From Octopus sinensis (lineage: Eukaryota): a stretch of DNA of 64,000 bases. Location: assembly GCF_006345805.1 (NCBI RefSeq), contig NC_043005.1:61070001-61134000 (forward strand), in the 5' to 3' direction. Below the pieces are notes generated by a model. The model saw only the letters and a list, made by a program, of their open reading frames with translations. It was not told where the DNA came from and did not search any database. Within the stretch, counting starts at the first letter, position 1; the number at the start of each line of letters is the position of its first letter. The position numbers and the translations under genes were made by a program. Below are positions 39,344 through 53,685 of the stretch, piece after piece.

Positions 39344-40653
39344 TATGGATTAGTTACCTAATGGCTAAAATGTCATTGTTCACAGATATGGCCGGACATC
39401 CAGGATTCACGTTAGATTAAATGACATCAATAACCTCGTTAGTGTGAGGGAATCTGCAACAATACGCCAAATCGCTGCACCTATAGCTATCGATGAAACA
39501 TTGGATATTGTATGAGTATCATGAAGATGCTGATAGAGGAGCAATTGCGTGTTAAAATGAGTACAAAATTGATTAGTGGTTGTCGGAGTAATCGGTATAT
39601 GATTCAGTACAACGCATGTATTAATAGTCACAAAGTATGGTGACTATTATTAGGCCTAACACTAATGCAAAGCACCTAAAGCTAGCAGCTTTTAATCCTT
39701 TACTTTTCATAGAGTAAACTAGCGAAAAATCGCCGATAAAACCAAGCTAAGGTTCTTTTCTACAGATTAAGAAAGAACAGATGTATTTTATAACAGTTAA
39801 CGCCTTTTAAAAGCGATATTACGAATACACCCAATAGTTGACAATCTTGAGATGCAAAACATCTCCCGAAAAATCTGATAAAAATTGATGTGTTAAATAC
39901 GTAAGCCTCCTGGATTGGATGGAAAATCAGATATAATTAGATTAGATCAGAATTTCAATTTTATACGTTACTAGGTTACTTATTCGCTAAAAAAGGAAAA
40001 AAGAATTTCTCTTTCCGTTGCATATTCAGCAAAGGCCAATAACAGTAATTCGGTTTTGATACAAGGAAAACATAAGGTATTATAAATAATGACACCGAAG
40101 TACACATATTTATGAATAAAACAATAAAATAAGTCACACGCTGACGTACACACACACATACACACGCACACGCACACATACCATATATACTGTAAGCTAA
40201 ATAAAATAATAAAACAAGTGACATACGTACATACACACAAACACACACCATATATATATGATTGTAATAACGAAAGAAATATTGTAAATATTGTAAATAA
40301 CGAAAGAAATATAAGATGACAGAGTTTCGTATTGCAAAATAAATTTTATCATAGTATATTTCTCACATTATTTATAATTTGATACACTCCTTATGCTTTT
40401 CGTTTATCGTACTATGTACTCTATATGCTTTCTAGAATGCCATATTAAGGAACATTTTCTATGAGTAACCCCAGATTAGATGAATCCATATATGATTTGT
40501 TTATAGTGATCAATGTATGTGCTGTACATTAGCTCACTCTATTCATCAAATCATACAGTTGCACAAGTGTGCTATACATCAGATGAGGAAATGATCGCAG
40601 AGCGACGTGAAATGAAGTGTTTTGCCTCACAACCACTATGCACCTTCACATTA

Positions 40654-41059
40654 TACTCTTTTTACTCTTTTACTTGTTTCAGTCATTTGACTGCGGCCAT
40701 GCTGGAGCACCGCCTTTAGTCGAGCAAATCGACCCCGGGACTTATTCTTTGTAAGCCCAGTACTTATTCTATCGGTCTCTTTTGCCGAGCCGCTAAGTGA
40801 CGGGGACGTAAGCACACCAACATCGGCTGTCTAGCAATGCTAGGGGAACAAACACAGACACACAAACACACACACACATACATATATATGCATATATACG
40901 ACAGGCTTCTTTCAGTTTCCGTCTACCAAATCCACTCACAAGGCATTGGTCGGGCCGGGGCTATAGCAGAAGAGACTTGCCCAAGATGCCACGCAGTGGG
41001 ACTAAACCCGGAACCATGTGGTTGGTTAGCAAGCTACTTACCACACAGCCACTCCTGCG

Positions 41060-41061
<2 letters not shown>
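40654..41061 (-). mobile_element. SINE family B, full length and well preserved
   Basis: Reverse complement runs from ggcgcaggagtggctgtgtggtaagtagc to gactgaaacaagtaaaagagtaaaaagagta, with a (TG)n hinge. Confidence 0.93.
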
Positions 41062-41156
<95 letters not shown>

Positions 41157-41178
41157 GTATCTTTGTATGTATATATGT

Positions 41179-41411
41179 ATATTAATAGTTATCGCCATAC
41201 TAATATGGCAGTCTATAAATATAAGACTAAAGCTGTCGCTGATTAGCTCCAAGAGGCCATTGCCTCTAGCTAGCTATATGACACACGAACCTGCGTCCAT
41301 TTCAACCTTCATATAGCTAGCTAGAGGCGATGGCCTCTTGGAGCTAATCAGCGACAGCTTTAGTCTTATATTTATAGACTGCCATATTAGTATGGCGATA
41401 ACTATTAATAT
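41179..41411. repeat. Long inverted repeat: 103-bp arms (41179-41281 and 41309-41411), 27-bp loop
   Basis: The arms are reverse complements with one substitution seen (ccattgcc vs ggcgatgg, a G-U pair on + strand RNA). Confidence 0.93.
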
Positions 41412-42069
41412 CCAGTAACGCTGCCGTAATCTCCTTTAGAGAGACTTAGTAATTTTAATATTTCTATTATATATATGTATCTTTGTATATATGTATATAT
41501 ATATGTATGTATATATATATATGTATGTATGTATGTATGTATATATGTATATATATATATGTATGTATGTATGTATGTATCTTTGTATGTATGTATATAT
41601 ATATATATATATAATAAATCCCCTCTCTCCCACTAGACCGCTGGAAGCGGAGAATTTTTTCTAAAATTTTTTTTTGCTACCCTTATATTTATTAATTAAT
41701 GATTTTTTAGCTAATTTTGAAATTAAATCAGCAGTTTATATTTGCTGCTGAGAAAACCGCGCGGTGGCGGTGGATTCTGAAAATTTAGAGCATATAGGCT
41801 TGAGGCTTCCTTGCTGTCGCTTCGTGGACATATTCTCGTCCTCGGCTTGTCTGCTGATAAGACACGCCATTTGTAAGCAAATTTAATTTAATTTAATTAA
41901 TTTGTTTACCAAAGTTTGTCGAAACTATGCATAGTCCAGAGATGAAAAGGGTAACTGATTTTATTTCTCTTCCAATTTCATAATTACAACTATTTAGCGG
42001 TTTGAGTTTGGCTGCTCTTTCTAGTGAGTCGAATGGCCTATCAGGGCCATTCCTTATATTGTTGAATGA

Positions 42070-42121
<52 letters not shown>

Positions 42122-42643
42122 GGGGCACCTATTTAACTATGGTAATATGAATGTGTGTCTTTGTGATAATCTCTCCAGCTATCTCCCATGCATGTTCAGC
42201 GTTATATTTAGTTATTATAAAAACAATTTCATATTTATGAGAGGAGTTACTGTATACTACTACTGAGTACAGGGGAAGCAAGAATGGTGTTTTTGGTGAC
42301 TTGTAAGTTTGGATCAGTTGTGCCCGCGTCGGTCTGTGAAGCATTAAAGTAAATGTTTGCTATATATAGTCTCTGTTGGTTTAAAGTCCTTGTGTGTGTG
42401 GGTTTGAGTGAATTGGCTTTATATGGAGAGGTATTTTGGATTAATGTCGATTGATTAAATTTTGGCTTATTCTATTATTTAGAATTTATTCATGTATCCA
42501 GTGATTTGTAAATAAGTGTGTAATTTTAGGTGTGACCTTTTGTTTGCTAGGCACTGCATTTTTTCGTAGTTCAGTTATTTTTAGTTTCATTGAATTTTAT
42601 CTTTTGTTTTGACAATTTAAAGTGCAAAATTCCAGGAAATTTC

Positions 42644-42705
<62 letters not shown>

Positions 42706-42766
42706 ACATATATATACATATATATATATATACATATATACATATATATATATATATATGTATGTG

Positions 42767-42811
<45 letters not shown>

Positions 42812-43379
42812 GTATGTATGTATATATATATATATGTATATATATTGTTTATTGTTATATATATATATATATTAATTGAGTATAGACTGTATGTCCCGAT
42901 TAAGAAATGTAACTGACAAGAGTTTAATTCGTAGTTACTTAAGCTTGACTAAACTATCTGGCATAGGTTTTATGTCTCTCTTTTGTATATCCTTCTATTG
43001 AAAAATGATGAAAAAGAATTATATTTACGGATCAGAGTATTCTTTCCAGTCACTGTTTAGAAATTACAAAATTGCAAATATATGAGCATGTGTGAATAAA
43101 AGTATTGCTGGCTATAAAACCTCAACGTGTCACTCGTTTTCAGCAGACACAGGTTCACAGTCTTAGATTATGTATTAGTATAGTGTAGATTGACGAAACT
43201 CCTGAATGTCTCTGTACAGGTAGGTATGAACAGTCTATAAAGTGTTTTGACTAAATTAGCATTAAGTACTAAAATACTTGCTTAAAATGTTAATACGACG
43301 AATAGAGTACTAAAGATTTCTACCACCGGGAAGAACCCTTACGTTTCTGAGAGGGTCTTATATTGGAGAAGTATGAATT

Positions 43380-43700
43380 TGTTACGCGGTATGATGGTGT
43401 TTTATTATTTTCATGGTGCCCATGCTAGTTAAACGAAATTAAATATTTGGTAGAAACAATTACACAGGTCTTTGAGGACGGGGATGTTTCTGGTGAATTT
43501 TTAAGTATTCTAAGTATTTCTGAAGCCCTTTTTCAAGCTAAATCCAGATATGGTATTTGAGTTCACCAATCACGGCAGGAACTTTCTATACACGCTACTT
43601 TGATTTTTCACAAAAATGTAGTTTCTTTCATTATTATATCCTGGCTTCATTTCGGACCACTAAGTGACTGTTCTAACGATGCTTCGTTATTACCATTCTT
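43380..43700 (-). mobile_element. Heavily decayed RLE-type (R4/Dong-like) LINE 3' fragment
   Basis: Minus-strand remnants KPDIIMKE (with a 1-bp insertion), KVPAVIGEL, KGLQKYLEYLKI and SMGTMKIINTII follow the same motif order as 24540-24912. Many stops. Confidence 0.45.
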
Positions 43701-43884
43701 TTGCATAAAGTATAGTAAATGCATGAATAATAACTGATTTTTTGCATTGTTTAAGATTTCGTCGTCCAGTTTGTATGGCTACGATAAAGAAAATAGAAAA
43801 GGAGGTCTAGAGTTGTTCTGTTCTATTGATACAGATACTTAAACACAACTAAATCTGCAAATTATATGCATAGATTAGATTAAG

Positions 43885-44125
43885 TACTCTTTACTCTTTT
43901 ACTTGTTTCAGTCATTTGACTGCGGCCATGCTGGAGCACCGACTTTAGTCAAGGAAATCGACCCAGGACTTATTTTTTGGAAGCCTAGTGCTTATTCTAT
44001 CGGTCTCTTTTGCCGAACCGCTACCTTACGGGGACGTAAACACACTACCATCGGTTGTCAAGCGATGCTGGGGGACAACCACAGACACACAAACATATAC
44101 ACATACATAATATATATATATATAA

Positions 44126-44157
<32 letters not shown>

Positions 44158-44197
44158 TTATGTATGTATGTATGCATGTATGTATGTATGTGTATAT

Positions 44198-44270
<73 letters not shown>

Positions 44271-44432
44271 GACGGGCTTCTTTCAGTTTCCGTCTACCAA
44301 ATCCACTCACAAGGCTTTGGTCGGCCCGCGACTATAGTAGAAGACATTTGCCCAAGGTGCCACGCAATGGGAATGAACCCGGAGCCATGTGGTTGTTAAG
44401 CAAGCTACTTACCACACAGCCACTGCTGCGCC
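43885..44432 (-). mobile_element. SINE family B, full length with expanded (TA)n hinge
   Basis: Same modules as 40654-41061. The hinge at about 44095-44270 is expanded. Possible 7-bp target duplication tagatta (43876-43882 and 44433-44439). Confidence 0.92.
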
Positions 44433-44662
44433 TAGATTACTTGGTATAGACACCTTGTTTATCACAAAAACGTAGTTGTGTGTCATTTCAGTTGTACCAA
44501 TTACAAATAGGATGAGAGATATATCCCTCATGTAACATCAGCTTCGTAATTTTTAAGTCGGATCAATGAATTCTGTTGTTTTCCAGCTCATCTGTATATA
44601 ACTGTGTGTATGTGGTCTATATGTATGTGTATGTCTGTTCCCATATATGTATAAGTATGTAT

Positions 44663-44696
<34 letters not shown>

Positions 44697-44789
44697 ATAT
44701 ATATATATATATGATGTGTACATATATGTATGTTCTAATATGTGCCTAGGCATGCTTATATATTATATATGCATGCATAGGTATGTATA

Positions 44790-44857
<68 letters not shown>

Positions 44858-45993
44858 TGTCTTATAATATGTAATGTGCATATGTGTACAGGTTGCGGTT
44901 GTGCATGCTTCTATAATAAAAACGATACATGTATTTGCATGTTTAACCAAATAAACACATGAAGAGCGTAACGAGAAGATGAATAGTTCACTCAGAATAG
45001 ATTCATTACTCTAATTATATTTCAATTCTGTGGATTCGGGTTTGAAAGCCTCTTGAGTTTTCTTCATATTTTAATCATATTAAATGCGGATAAAGGAACC
45101 AATAATAAACTTGCAGAGAAACATTTAACGTCGCCTTTTCCTTTCACAATTTACGCATGTAACTATATAATAGATCTTCTTTAATGAAAAATGTGCCTCA
45201 AACGAATTATATACGAATTAATGATTTTAAAATTATTTTCTTTAAAGAGATTATAACGTAAAATAAATATTAACCAGATTTTATGAATACGAACAGGAAT
45301 TACAACTGGTTTTAAATAAGAAAACTAAGTAAAAAACAAAACAAAATAAAACTTTTTATCGGGCATTATTTCTTTTGATTGAGTGGATAAATGAAAAATA
45401 TATTATGATAATGGTAAAAGAAGGGAATGCTGCCTATAACTGATTTTCTTTTCTTTCTTTATATATATATATTTAGCGAACATCCGAAACTATAAACGAT
45501 AAATCAATAGTTGTGAGATAAAACCTGCATTAATTTCATTACAATGAAATCACAATGGGATATTGAATCACGTTTCTTACTCTGCTCGGATTCAATAGAA
45601 AAATTACGTTAGTGGGTAGAATACGTAAAATAGCATAGATTCATCTGAGTGCAGTGTGAAAGCAATACTGCCTGAACGACAGAAATTTGTTTAAAATCGC
45701 TGAATGCGTTGCTGCTCGTGTATGCCGTGTTTTATTAGGTATTTAATAATTAATACATTGTTGTTTTATGTTGTATATCTTTTAATTAATCTGTTAAATT
45801 CTCGCAGGAATGTATTTCTAAAGTAAAGCCTCAATCGCTTAATGCTCGTTATCTCCAGAAGCCTAATTCAATTGCATAATCATATCCCCCGCATTGAAAT
45901 GGTAGCTGAATTAAATACGGAAAAATTACATCAGCATAGGGTTGAGTAATATGACACAGCAAACATGTAAGATTGAAACATAGATAGATTAAT

Positions 45994-46043
<50 letters not shown>

Positions 46044-49000
46044 GGACGGACAGACAGACATTCATAAAAATAAACAAACATACATACATATATACACATA
46101 AAAGCGTAATCGTACGTTATTGTAATTCGTTATAGCTTTCCAATTACAATACCACGATTGACAAGAGATATTCAAGCACTGGACCTATTTAAGTATGGCG
46201 ATGCTTCTTGTGAGAGCCTCAAGAAATCTGTCCTAAATTTTTCTTAGAATAAAGGTAACCATAAATTCAATAGTTCATTGAAAATGGTGTATTTCGCACT
46301 GATATGATGTAATTACGCTATGTTTCGATTGTCCGTGATTTGTGTGTTGAAAACGTAACTGCTTCTGAGTTAATGTTACTAAAATCGGTTTTTTTCCCTC
46401 TTCGTTTCTTCGCAATTTCAAACCTATCGACTTTGCGTATGATAAGATTCTTGTTTTGGACTTCTGTGAATTAGTTAAGCAGACTTATTAAGGCTTTAGT
46501 CTAATATAGACATGCTTATTCCAGAATGTTTTGGTTTTGCTTTTTGGAATTGAACAGGTTGTTTAAGAAATAACTTTACAGATATTCGTAACCTACCGAT
46601 TCCATTACTTTGCTTATGATGCCAGACAAATTAATGGATCAGATCTATACTATCTCTCTCATATGTCATATGTTGGGATTGTAGAAGTGATCTTCCATTA
46701 GTTAGCAAATTACCCACAAGTCAAATAACCGCCAAAGTGGTTCGGCTAATCCCACACCACATTCTATCATGACGCTAACAGTAACTTTAACATATCAACA
46801 TATCTTCATGGATGATTTCGTCGAAAATCAAGCTCTAGAGGCTTTTACTAGAAACTGATCGACAAGTTATACTTGATAATAAACATTTGAAACAGATTGC
46901 TATTTTGTAAAGTTCTGGAGAAATATTTTGCTGCTGTGTTTTGATGCATAATATTCAAAGATGTGGGCTTAACTTGTAGAGAAAGCGCATGACGATAGAA
47001 CAGTGACGGAAGGAAACATTTTATTATATTCCATAGTTTGTCGCTGCTTATTTTACAGCTACTTACATCTTAGCATTATACTTTCGTGTTGCCATAGTTA
47101 GACTGGTTGTAACTATTTCTTGTTTTCTGAAATTCCATTTCATCTTTTATTGTATTGCTTATTGTTTACTTTTAATTGACAAAAGAAGTCGTCTTCTTTC
47201 TTGGAATTTCTTTCATAATAGTCATGAAATCGAGCTTTGTCACCGGGCTACTTTCCGATGTCTTTGCTCAGGTTGAAGCCGCCAAAGACTTTCCAGTCAT
47301 TATACTTTGCACCAGTATTTCCTCGACATACCTTTCTTTCAAAACGGATGTCTAGCACAGTTATAAAATTATGTCGCATGTATCGCATTTTGCGCTTTTG
47401 TAGTGTCAATCATTTCCTTTATATGGCTTTCACAAGAACAAAAGCTTTTTCTTGTTTGTTCTATCCTAGTGAAGCACTTGTAAAGTAAGCACTGGTTGTG
47501 ATATGCCTATTGTTCGTTTTTGTTCTACTTCTCTTCAGCAGCGTATTTTAAACAGTGTAGTAATATCAAAAGTAATTATTGCTATTAGATAAAGAATTCA
47601 AGGCGTAAACTCGCTAAGGATTTGTTTAATTCATATTTTCCATTATTCATTTTAATATGATGTGTATTTCGGTCTACTGATCGCATCAAATTAATGAAAA
47701 GAAAACATGAAAAAGGGACAAATATATTTATGGAATACATTTCTAAAGCATTTTCCAGAAATGAATGAAATACAGAAAACGGGGTCGGTTATTTATTCCC
47801 TCTACACGGAGTTTAATATGCTTTATTTTAAATGCAGTTAATTAGATAAAGAATTGTATATGCACTTCTAGAGAGAGAAAAGGAGAGAATGTGAGAGAAA
47901 GAGAGAAAGAAAAGAGAAAGACTAATAATTATTTCTACTATAGGCATAAGACTGAAATTTTCTAAGTCTTACAAGGTAGATACTAGCGATATATATAAAT
48001 GTATGTATGTATTATGTATGTATGTATGTATATATATGTGTGTGTAGAGAGAGAGAGAGATAGAAAGAAAGAGAGAATGAGATTGATCGTAGTATGCGAA
48101 GTACAAAAGGAAGAACACGAAAAAAGAAATGTATCAGAAACCCAGTGATATTAGGACTAGAAAACTTTTAAAGCAAATGTTCCTCATTCTGTAGAGTTTC
48201 GTTCCATTGTTTTAAGTTAAGTTATAGGGAGAAAATTTTGATGGTGAAAGGCAGTAATAGCTAGAAGTCTAAATGTACATATTCAGTATATGAAAAGAAG
48301 AAGATTTACTGAATCTAATACGAGTATGAACTACATATACAGTAGCTTGGAGTTACTGAGTAGAGATTCATATCAGTGGGATAAATCTTTCAGGAAACTG
48401 ACATTGATTTAGTAAATAAGAATTAGGAATAATATTTCTTAATTGTTTTGAAACCTCCTTTTCAGGATGATACAAAAACCCAATGAAGGCTAGTAAAGAC
48501 ATTGATTTAGAAAGGAGAATATCATGGAGATGAGAATAATATACGATGAATGAAGGAGAAAAAGAGACTTATGCTTTGAGCCCCATTTTCGTTCTACTCA
48601 TGAAAATGAACTTTGGTTAAAAATGATTTCAGGTATTTTGATATAGATTAAATGGTATATATGACTTGGTGAAGGCAAAACCTTAAGTGAGATGCCAATT
48701 GAAGCAGAATCACGTATCCGTAGCTGCCATTTTCTAATAACATTTTAATTCATTAAGAAACCTTCTAAATTTTTTTTTGAAATTAAGTCTCCCCAACATT
48801 CATAGAAATTGATTACCAAAGCTAGATCTAACGTCGCTGACAGAAAAAGAAAATTAAGAATAAAGTACTTAAGGTTTATAACATTCAATGCACTCCGCAA
48901 TCGAAGGTATCCGGAATCATTTAATTATCACATACGTGACATTTTTGCACTTTACAACCCCTCACCAGCACATACAAACTTATATATCTGTTTGTATGTA

Positions 49001-50129
49001 AGAATGTTCGTATGTATGTGTGCATGTAAGTATGTATATGCCACACTTATTACAGTGTTTCTGAAATAATGTTTCTCCAAATAATTCATTTTTGTACAAC
49101 AGATGTGGACACTTCTTAAGAGATATAGATAAAACAGATTTTTTGAATAAATATAAATATATTTATGCTGAGTGTTTTCCTTATATCCTTATGAGAGCAA
49201 CATTAGCGTTGTTGTCAAGGATGTTTAATTCCATGTTTGCTTTGAACGAACAAGGATATGACCAAAAGAGCTCAAACTATGAGCGTTAAGGTTTTCTCGT
49301 CAAACGTGATATATATATATATATATATATTATGATTTGTATGAAATATTGCTGTTATTTCTAAGAGATCGAACAACCATGTAATGTATTCGATGCTGGT
49401 GTGAGTGCAAAATAATTTCAGAAATTAGAAACAAGAAAAGGAATACGGAAATATTGATTTTTAAAGAATAGAAGCGTTTCCGCCTGTAAGTAGAAGAAAT
49501 ATCTTTTGAACTATTAAATTAGAAACAATTCAATTTCCTTTCCACAGATGAAGGTGAGAAACTTGCCCCATCTCATGATATTTTGTAATTGATATTGATT
49601 TATGTCATATAGATGGAAGGTTAGTTAGGTCTTCCATAAGACAATTTCTATCAGAGGATTCTATTATATCAAGGCAACCAGCACAGGAATTGAACTTGAG
49701 ACAAAGATGATCGAAATTACATTCTATGTTGCATTAAGAGCATAATTTTTACATCGATTCTAAATATTACATTCAGCTTGCAGTAACGATAGATAATAGC
49801 ATATGCCTTAGAATATATGTTATTTCTTCCCTTTCGGAAGTAATGGAACACCAACCGATTATATAATAGACGAGGCGATGTCTTATGTAACACTCTCCTT
49901 CAACAAAAGTATTGCAACATAATGAAATGTTAGTTCTGAAGACATAAAATCTATTATTACAGACAATATAGAATAATGGATTGAATTGTGACCCGACGAT
50001 GTCATTAGGACTTATAATGCATTTATACTATATTATGAATCGATTGCAGGAGGATCACATGACCTGATTTTGCATAAATAATTGCGTACGTCAGAGATTA
50101 ATGTATACAAATGCCTATACACTATTTCC

Positions 50130-50710
50130 CAGTAGTGAAAAATAACGATTGGTTCACCCGATTCCGGATCTATTTAGGAAATTGTCTACACACACTAATG
50201 GTGCCTGTTTGGTGGCCTAGCGCTGGTGTCATCCACTACTGCTTCATGAGACCTGGTAATTCAATTACAGCGGATGTATACATCAGCCAATTAAATGATG
50301 AGTGAACTTGCAATTAAACAACCGAGTTTGGTTAATAGAGACAAACCAATTCCCTTGCAAGACATATTGTACAAAGAACGCTACTCAAATTACATGGAAC
50401 TGAACTTGGAAGTAGTCTGTCATCCACCATATTCACTAAACCTTGCATCAACTGACTATCACGTTTTCCGGGCATTAGACAACGTTTTACAAGGAAAAAA
50501 CCTGAAATCTGAAGATGCACAAATAGCTTTTCGTAATTTCATCACCTTTTGCTCTCCAGAATTCTTCGCTGCTGGCATAACTAAGCTGCCAATAAAATGG
50601 CAAAATTGTTTTGATAATTTAGGGGTATACTTTGATTAACTGCATTGCTTTTTGTTGAGATAAAATTAAACTTTCGGTCCAAAATTGGACATTTCATTCT
50701 TAATGACCTG

Positions 50711-50713
<3 letters not shown>
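50130..50713 (+). mobile_element. Mariner (DD34D-type) transposase relic with right terminal repeat
   Basis: MVPVWWPSAGVIHYCF, HPPYSLNLASTDYHVFRALDN (canonical HPPYSPDLAPSDY) and KLPIKWQNCFDNLGVYFD*. Ends ttaatgacctgata followed by TA. Confidence 0.88.
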
Positions 50714-50743
<30 letters not shown>

Positions 50744-50815
50744 TGTATGTATGTATGAATATGTATGTATTATGTATGTATATATACATATATGCATATA
50801 TATATATATGCATAT

Positions 50816-50861
<46 letters not shown>

Positions 50862-53150
50862 CCACATACATATACGCATGTATGTATATATGTATACATG
50901 TATATGTAAGTTATCATTATCAGGGACTTTATTAAGCCGAGAAGCCGATTTACATTATTACTCTATTGGGGGTAATTAATTTAATTATAGTGACACGCTA
51001 AACAGCGTGTATATTTGGTATAAACTGTAGATTTCTTTTTTAACTGGTAAACTGGTAAATGCGTATATAAATCTATACAACCTTTCCGTTTATAGAGAAA
51101 GATGGAACATAGGAGTGAATTTAGTAGTTAATTATCTCAGAAATTATATAATAGATAGAACGTAAATGAGTTTCAACGTGCCCCGAAACGAAGTTGAGAG
51201 AAAAGGAAATAAAAATATGAATTCAGCTTGACGACGATTGCGTCGCCTTCTTTATTATAGCAAATATTGAGAGTTTTATGTCATGCTTGTTATCACTCTT
51301 CAATTAAAATGGTAAGTGAAAATTCAATTCAGTCAGTCATCAACTATAAATCTTCTGTATTTCAAACAAATCATTTCGTAGAAGTATTTGAGAACTTCTG
51401 TGAAGATTCACAAATCTTTCTCTCATTTTATTTGTTATAACCCCCTTTAGTTTGTTCTACACTTTGTTTTATTGAATTTTGTTTTTAATTTAGGCATTGT
51501 ATCAGCTTGCCAAGGAAAATATAGATTGTCGACGTTCGCTGCATATATTGGCAATCAATCATTCTAAATTATTCTTCTAATATTTATCTTAAGGATAGAC
51601 AGCGTGGAAATATCTTTTACAACTGATCCTTGCCAATCCGTGTTAGGTTGCGTACATTTTCATCTCGTATAAAAATCTAAATTTATAGCATTAGTCCTAT
51701 TAAAAAGTATTATTTATTGCCTAAATTCATAGATGATTAGGCATGAGCTAGCAGCACCTGCTATGAATATAAAATACGCACAAGAATATTAGAAGTATAG
51801 TTGTGAAAATATTGCATATCGTATAGTTATATATAGTAGTTTCTCAGCTTCTAGTAAATTGCTGCAGTAACGTAGGTTCAAATTATTAAATACAACAAAT
51901 TTACTTGGTCTCTTTTCGGAAATGCACCAACGTTTAATCTCTAATTTTCTCTTTCTAAAATATATTAAATTTATACCGAGCTAAAACAAAACCATACCAG
52001 ACTTAATTTAATTTATTGAAAAGAAAATGAATAAAAACTTATCAAGTATAGTTCTTTACTGAGATTATTTCCTTCACAGGTATCACGTTTCAAATATTTT
52101 CATCAAGTTATCTTTTTATTTTTTCATTCGTACACATTATGTAGTTACATTTACCAAAGATGTCAGCGCCGGAACGTCTTTATGCTCATCTGGTGTGGTA
52201 AAAATAACAGAAATTTTCCTCAAATAAGCCCTTAGTTCTTCAAAAAGAAAAGCATAGAAGTACTGCTACAGTACAGTACCTGCGATAGTATGTTGACTGA
52301 ATCATAGACAGAATGTGATCACACATTAAAAACAAAAGCCAAAATTATATATTTCGAATAATAGAGGCAACTCTTCTGCTTCAAAACAATACGTACTGTT
52401 TACTGTAAAACTTTAATAAGTAGTCTGAAATCACAACGGTATGTACCTCTCCTTGGTAACTTCAACAGCATCTGTCAGGACATGTAAGTATTATTGCATT
52501 TTTCCACAATAAGTATACATGATAGTTGGGTGGTTAAAAGGTTTACATTGTAATTATACAGTTTCATTTTCTTGCTCATTAATTCGGATAGTGGACAAAA
52601 TGTTGTCCTAAATCAGCTTCAGTTTTGCTAATGGTTTGCAAGTGAAGTCTAGTGGAGATACACGTCGTACATGTATGTATATATGAAAGTACGTATGTAA
52701 ATATGTTTGTCTGTGTGTATGCAGGATTGTGTTTAAGGATATAGGTGTTGTGTCTTATCGTGTACTTTTGTATCATAATTGTTTGGTTAGCCTTTCAATA
52801 GACAATACTTGAGAAAAAAAGTAGCGCGCTAAATTAACTGTATAGATCAACGTTACCAGTTTAAAAATCCCGCAGATGGTGTACAAGCATGACCTCGGTC
52901 AAGCCGCTAAAAGTAGCAAATGAAAATACTAGAGAACACTTAGTTTACAAGTCGGATGAACAGAATTCTCTAAACTATGAAGATACACTTAATCTTCTCG
53001 TAAACTACTACATACTTTATTTAGAGAATATTTTCAACAAAAATATATTTAGTTTTATATAAAGAGAAACCATACGTACGCACCTAGGCTCACACACACA
53101 CACACACATACACAGAGGCACACAGGCACAAATACATATACACGTATTCG

Positions 53151-53231
<81 letters not shown>

Positions 53232-53258
53232 TCAAGTTTGTATGTACGTTTGTCCATG

Positions 53259-53479
53259 AACTAGGGGATTCTGAAAGGTTCCAGGTTTTGGGTAAAAGAA
53301 AATACAGGAGGATCGATTAATTATGATTTTATTCAACATATTTCCTTCTGAGATTCACACACTTATTGAGAGTGGCCTTTCAGTTTTTCTAAGCCGTGTA
53401 AAAAACACGGAATGTTGGACCTCCAGCTACGCCTTTTGCGATATCCTCAAAGCTATGAACTCTTCAAAACCTCCTCGTA
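53259..53479 (-). mobile_element. Short internally deleted mariner derivative (MITE-like)
   Basis: Degenerate inverted ends (ctaggggattctgaaaggttcc and the reverse complement of gaactcttcaaaacctcctcgta). Minus strand encodes NKCVNLRRKYVE*, the mariner C-terminal motif. Confidence 0.6.
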
Positions 53480-53568
53480 TATGAGTATATATACATACGT
53501 ATATATCCACTGATACCTATATGAATATATACATACATGCGTGTTCCCGTGTATATATATATATATAT

Positions 53569-53685
<117 letters not shown>

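Noticed and set aside
42031-42052. Hairpin with CTGATAG loop on the minus strand as a ribozyme
   Set aside because: It does not match CUGANGA and no GAAA follows.
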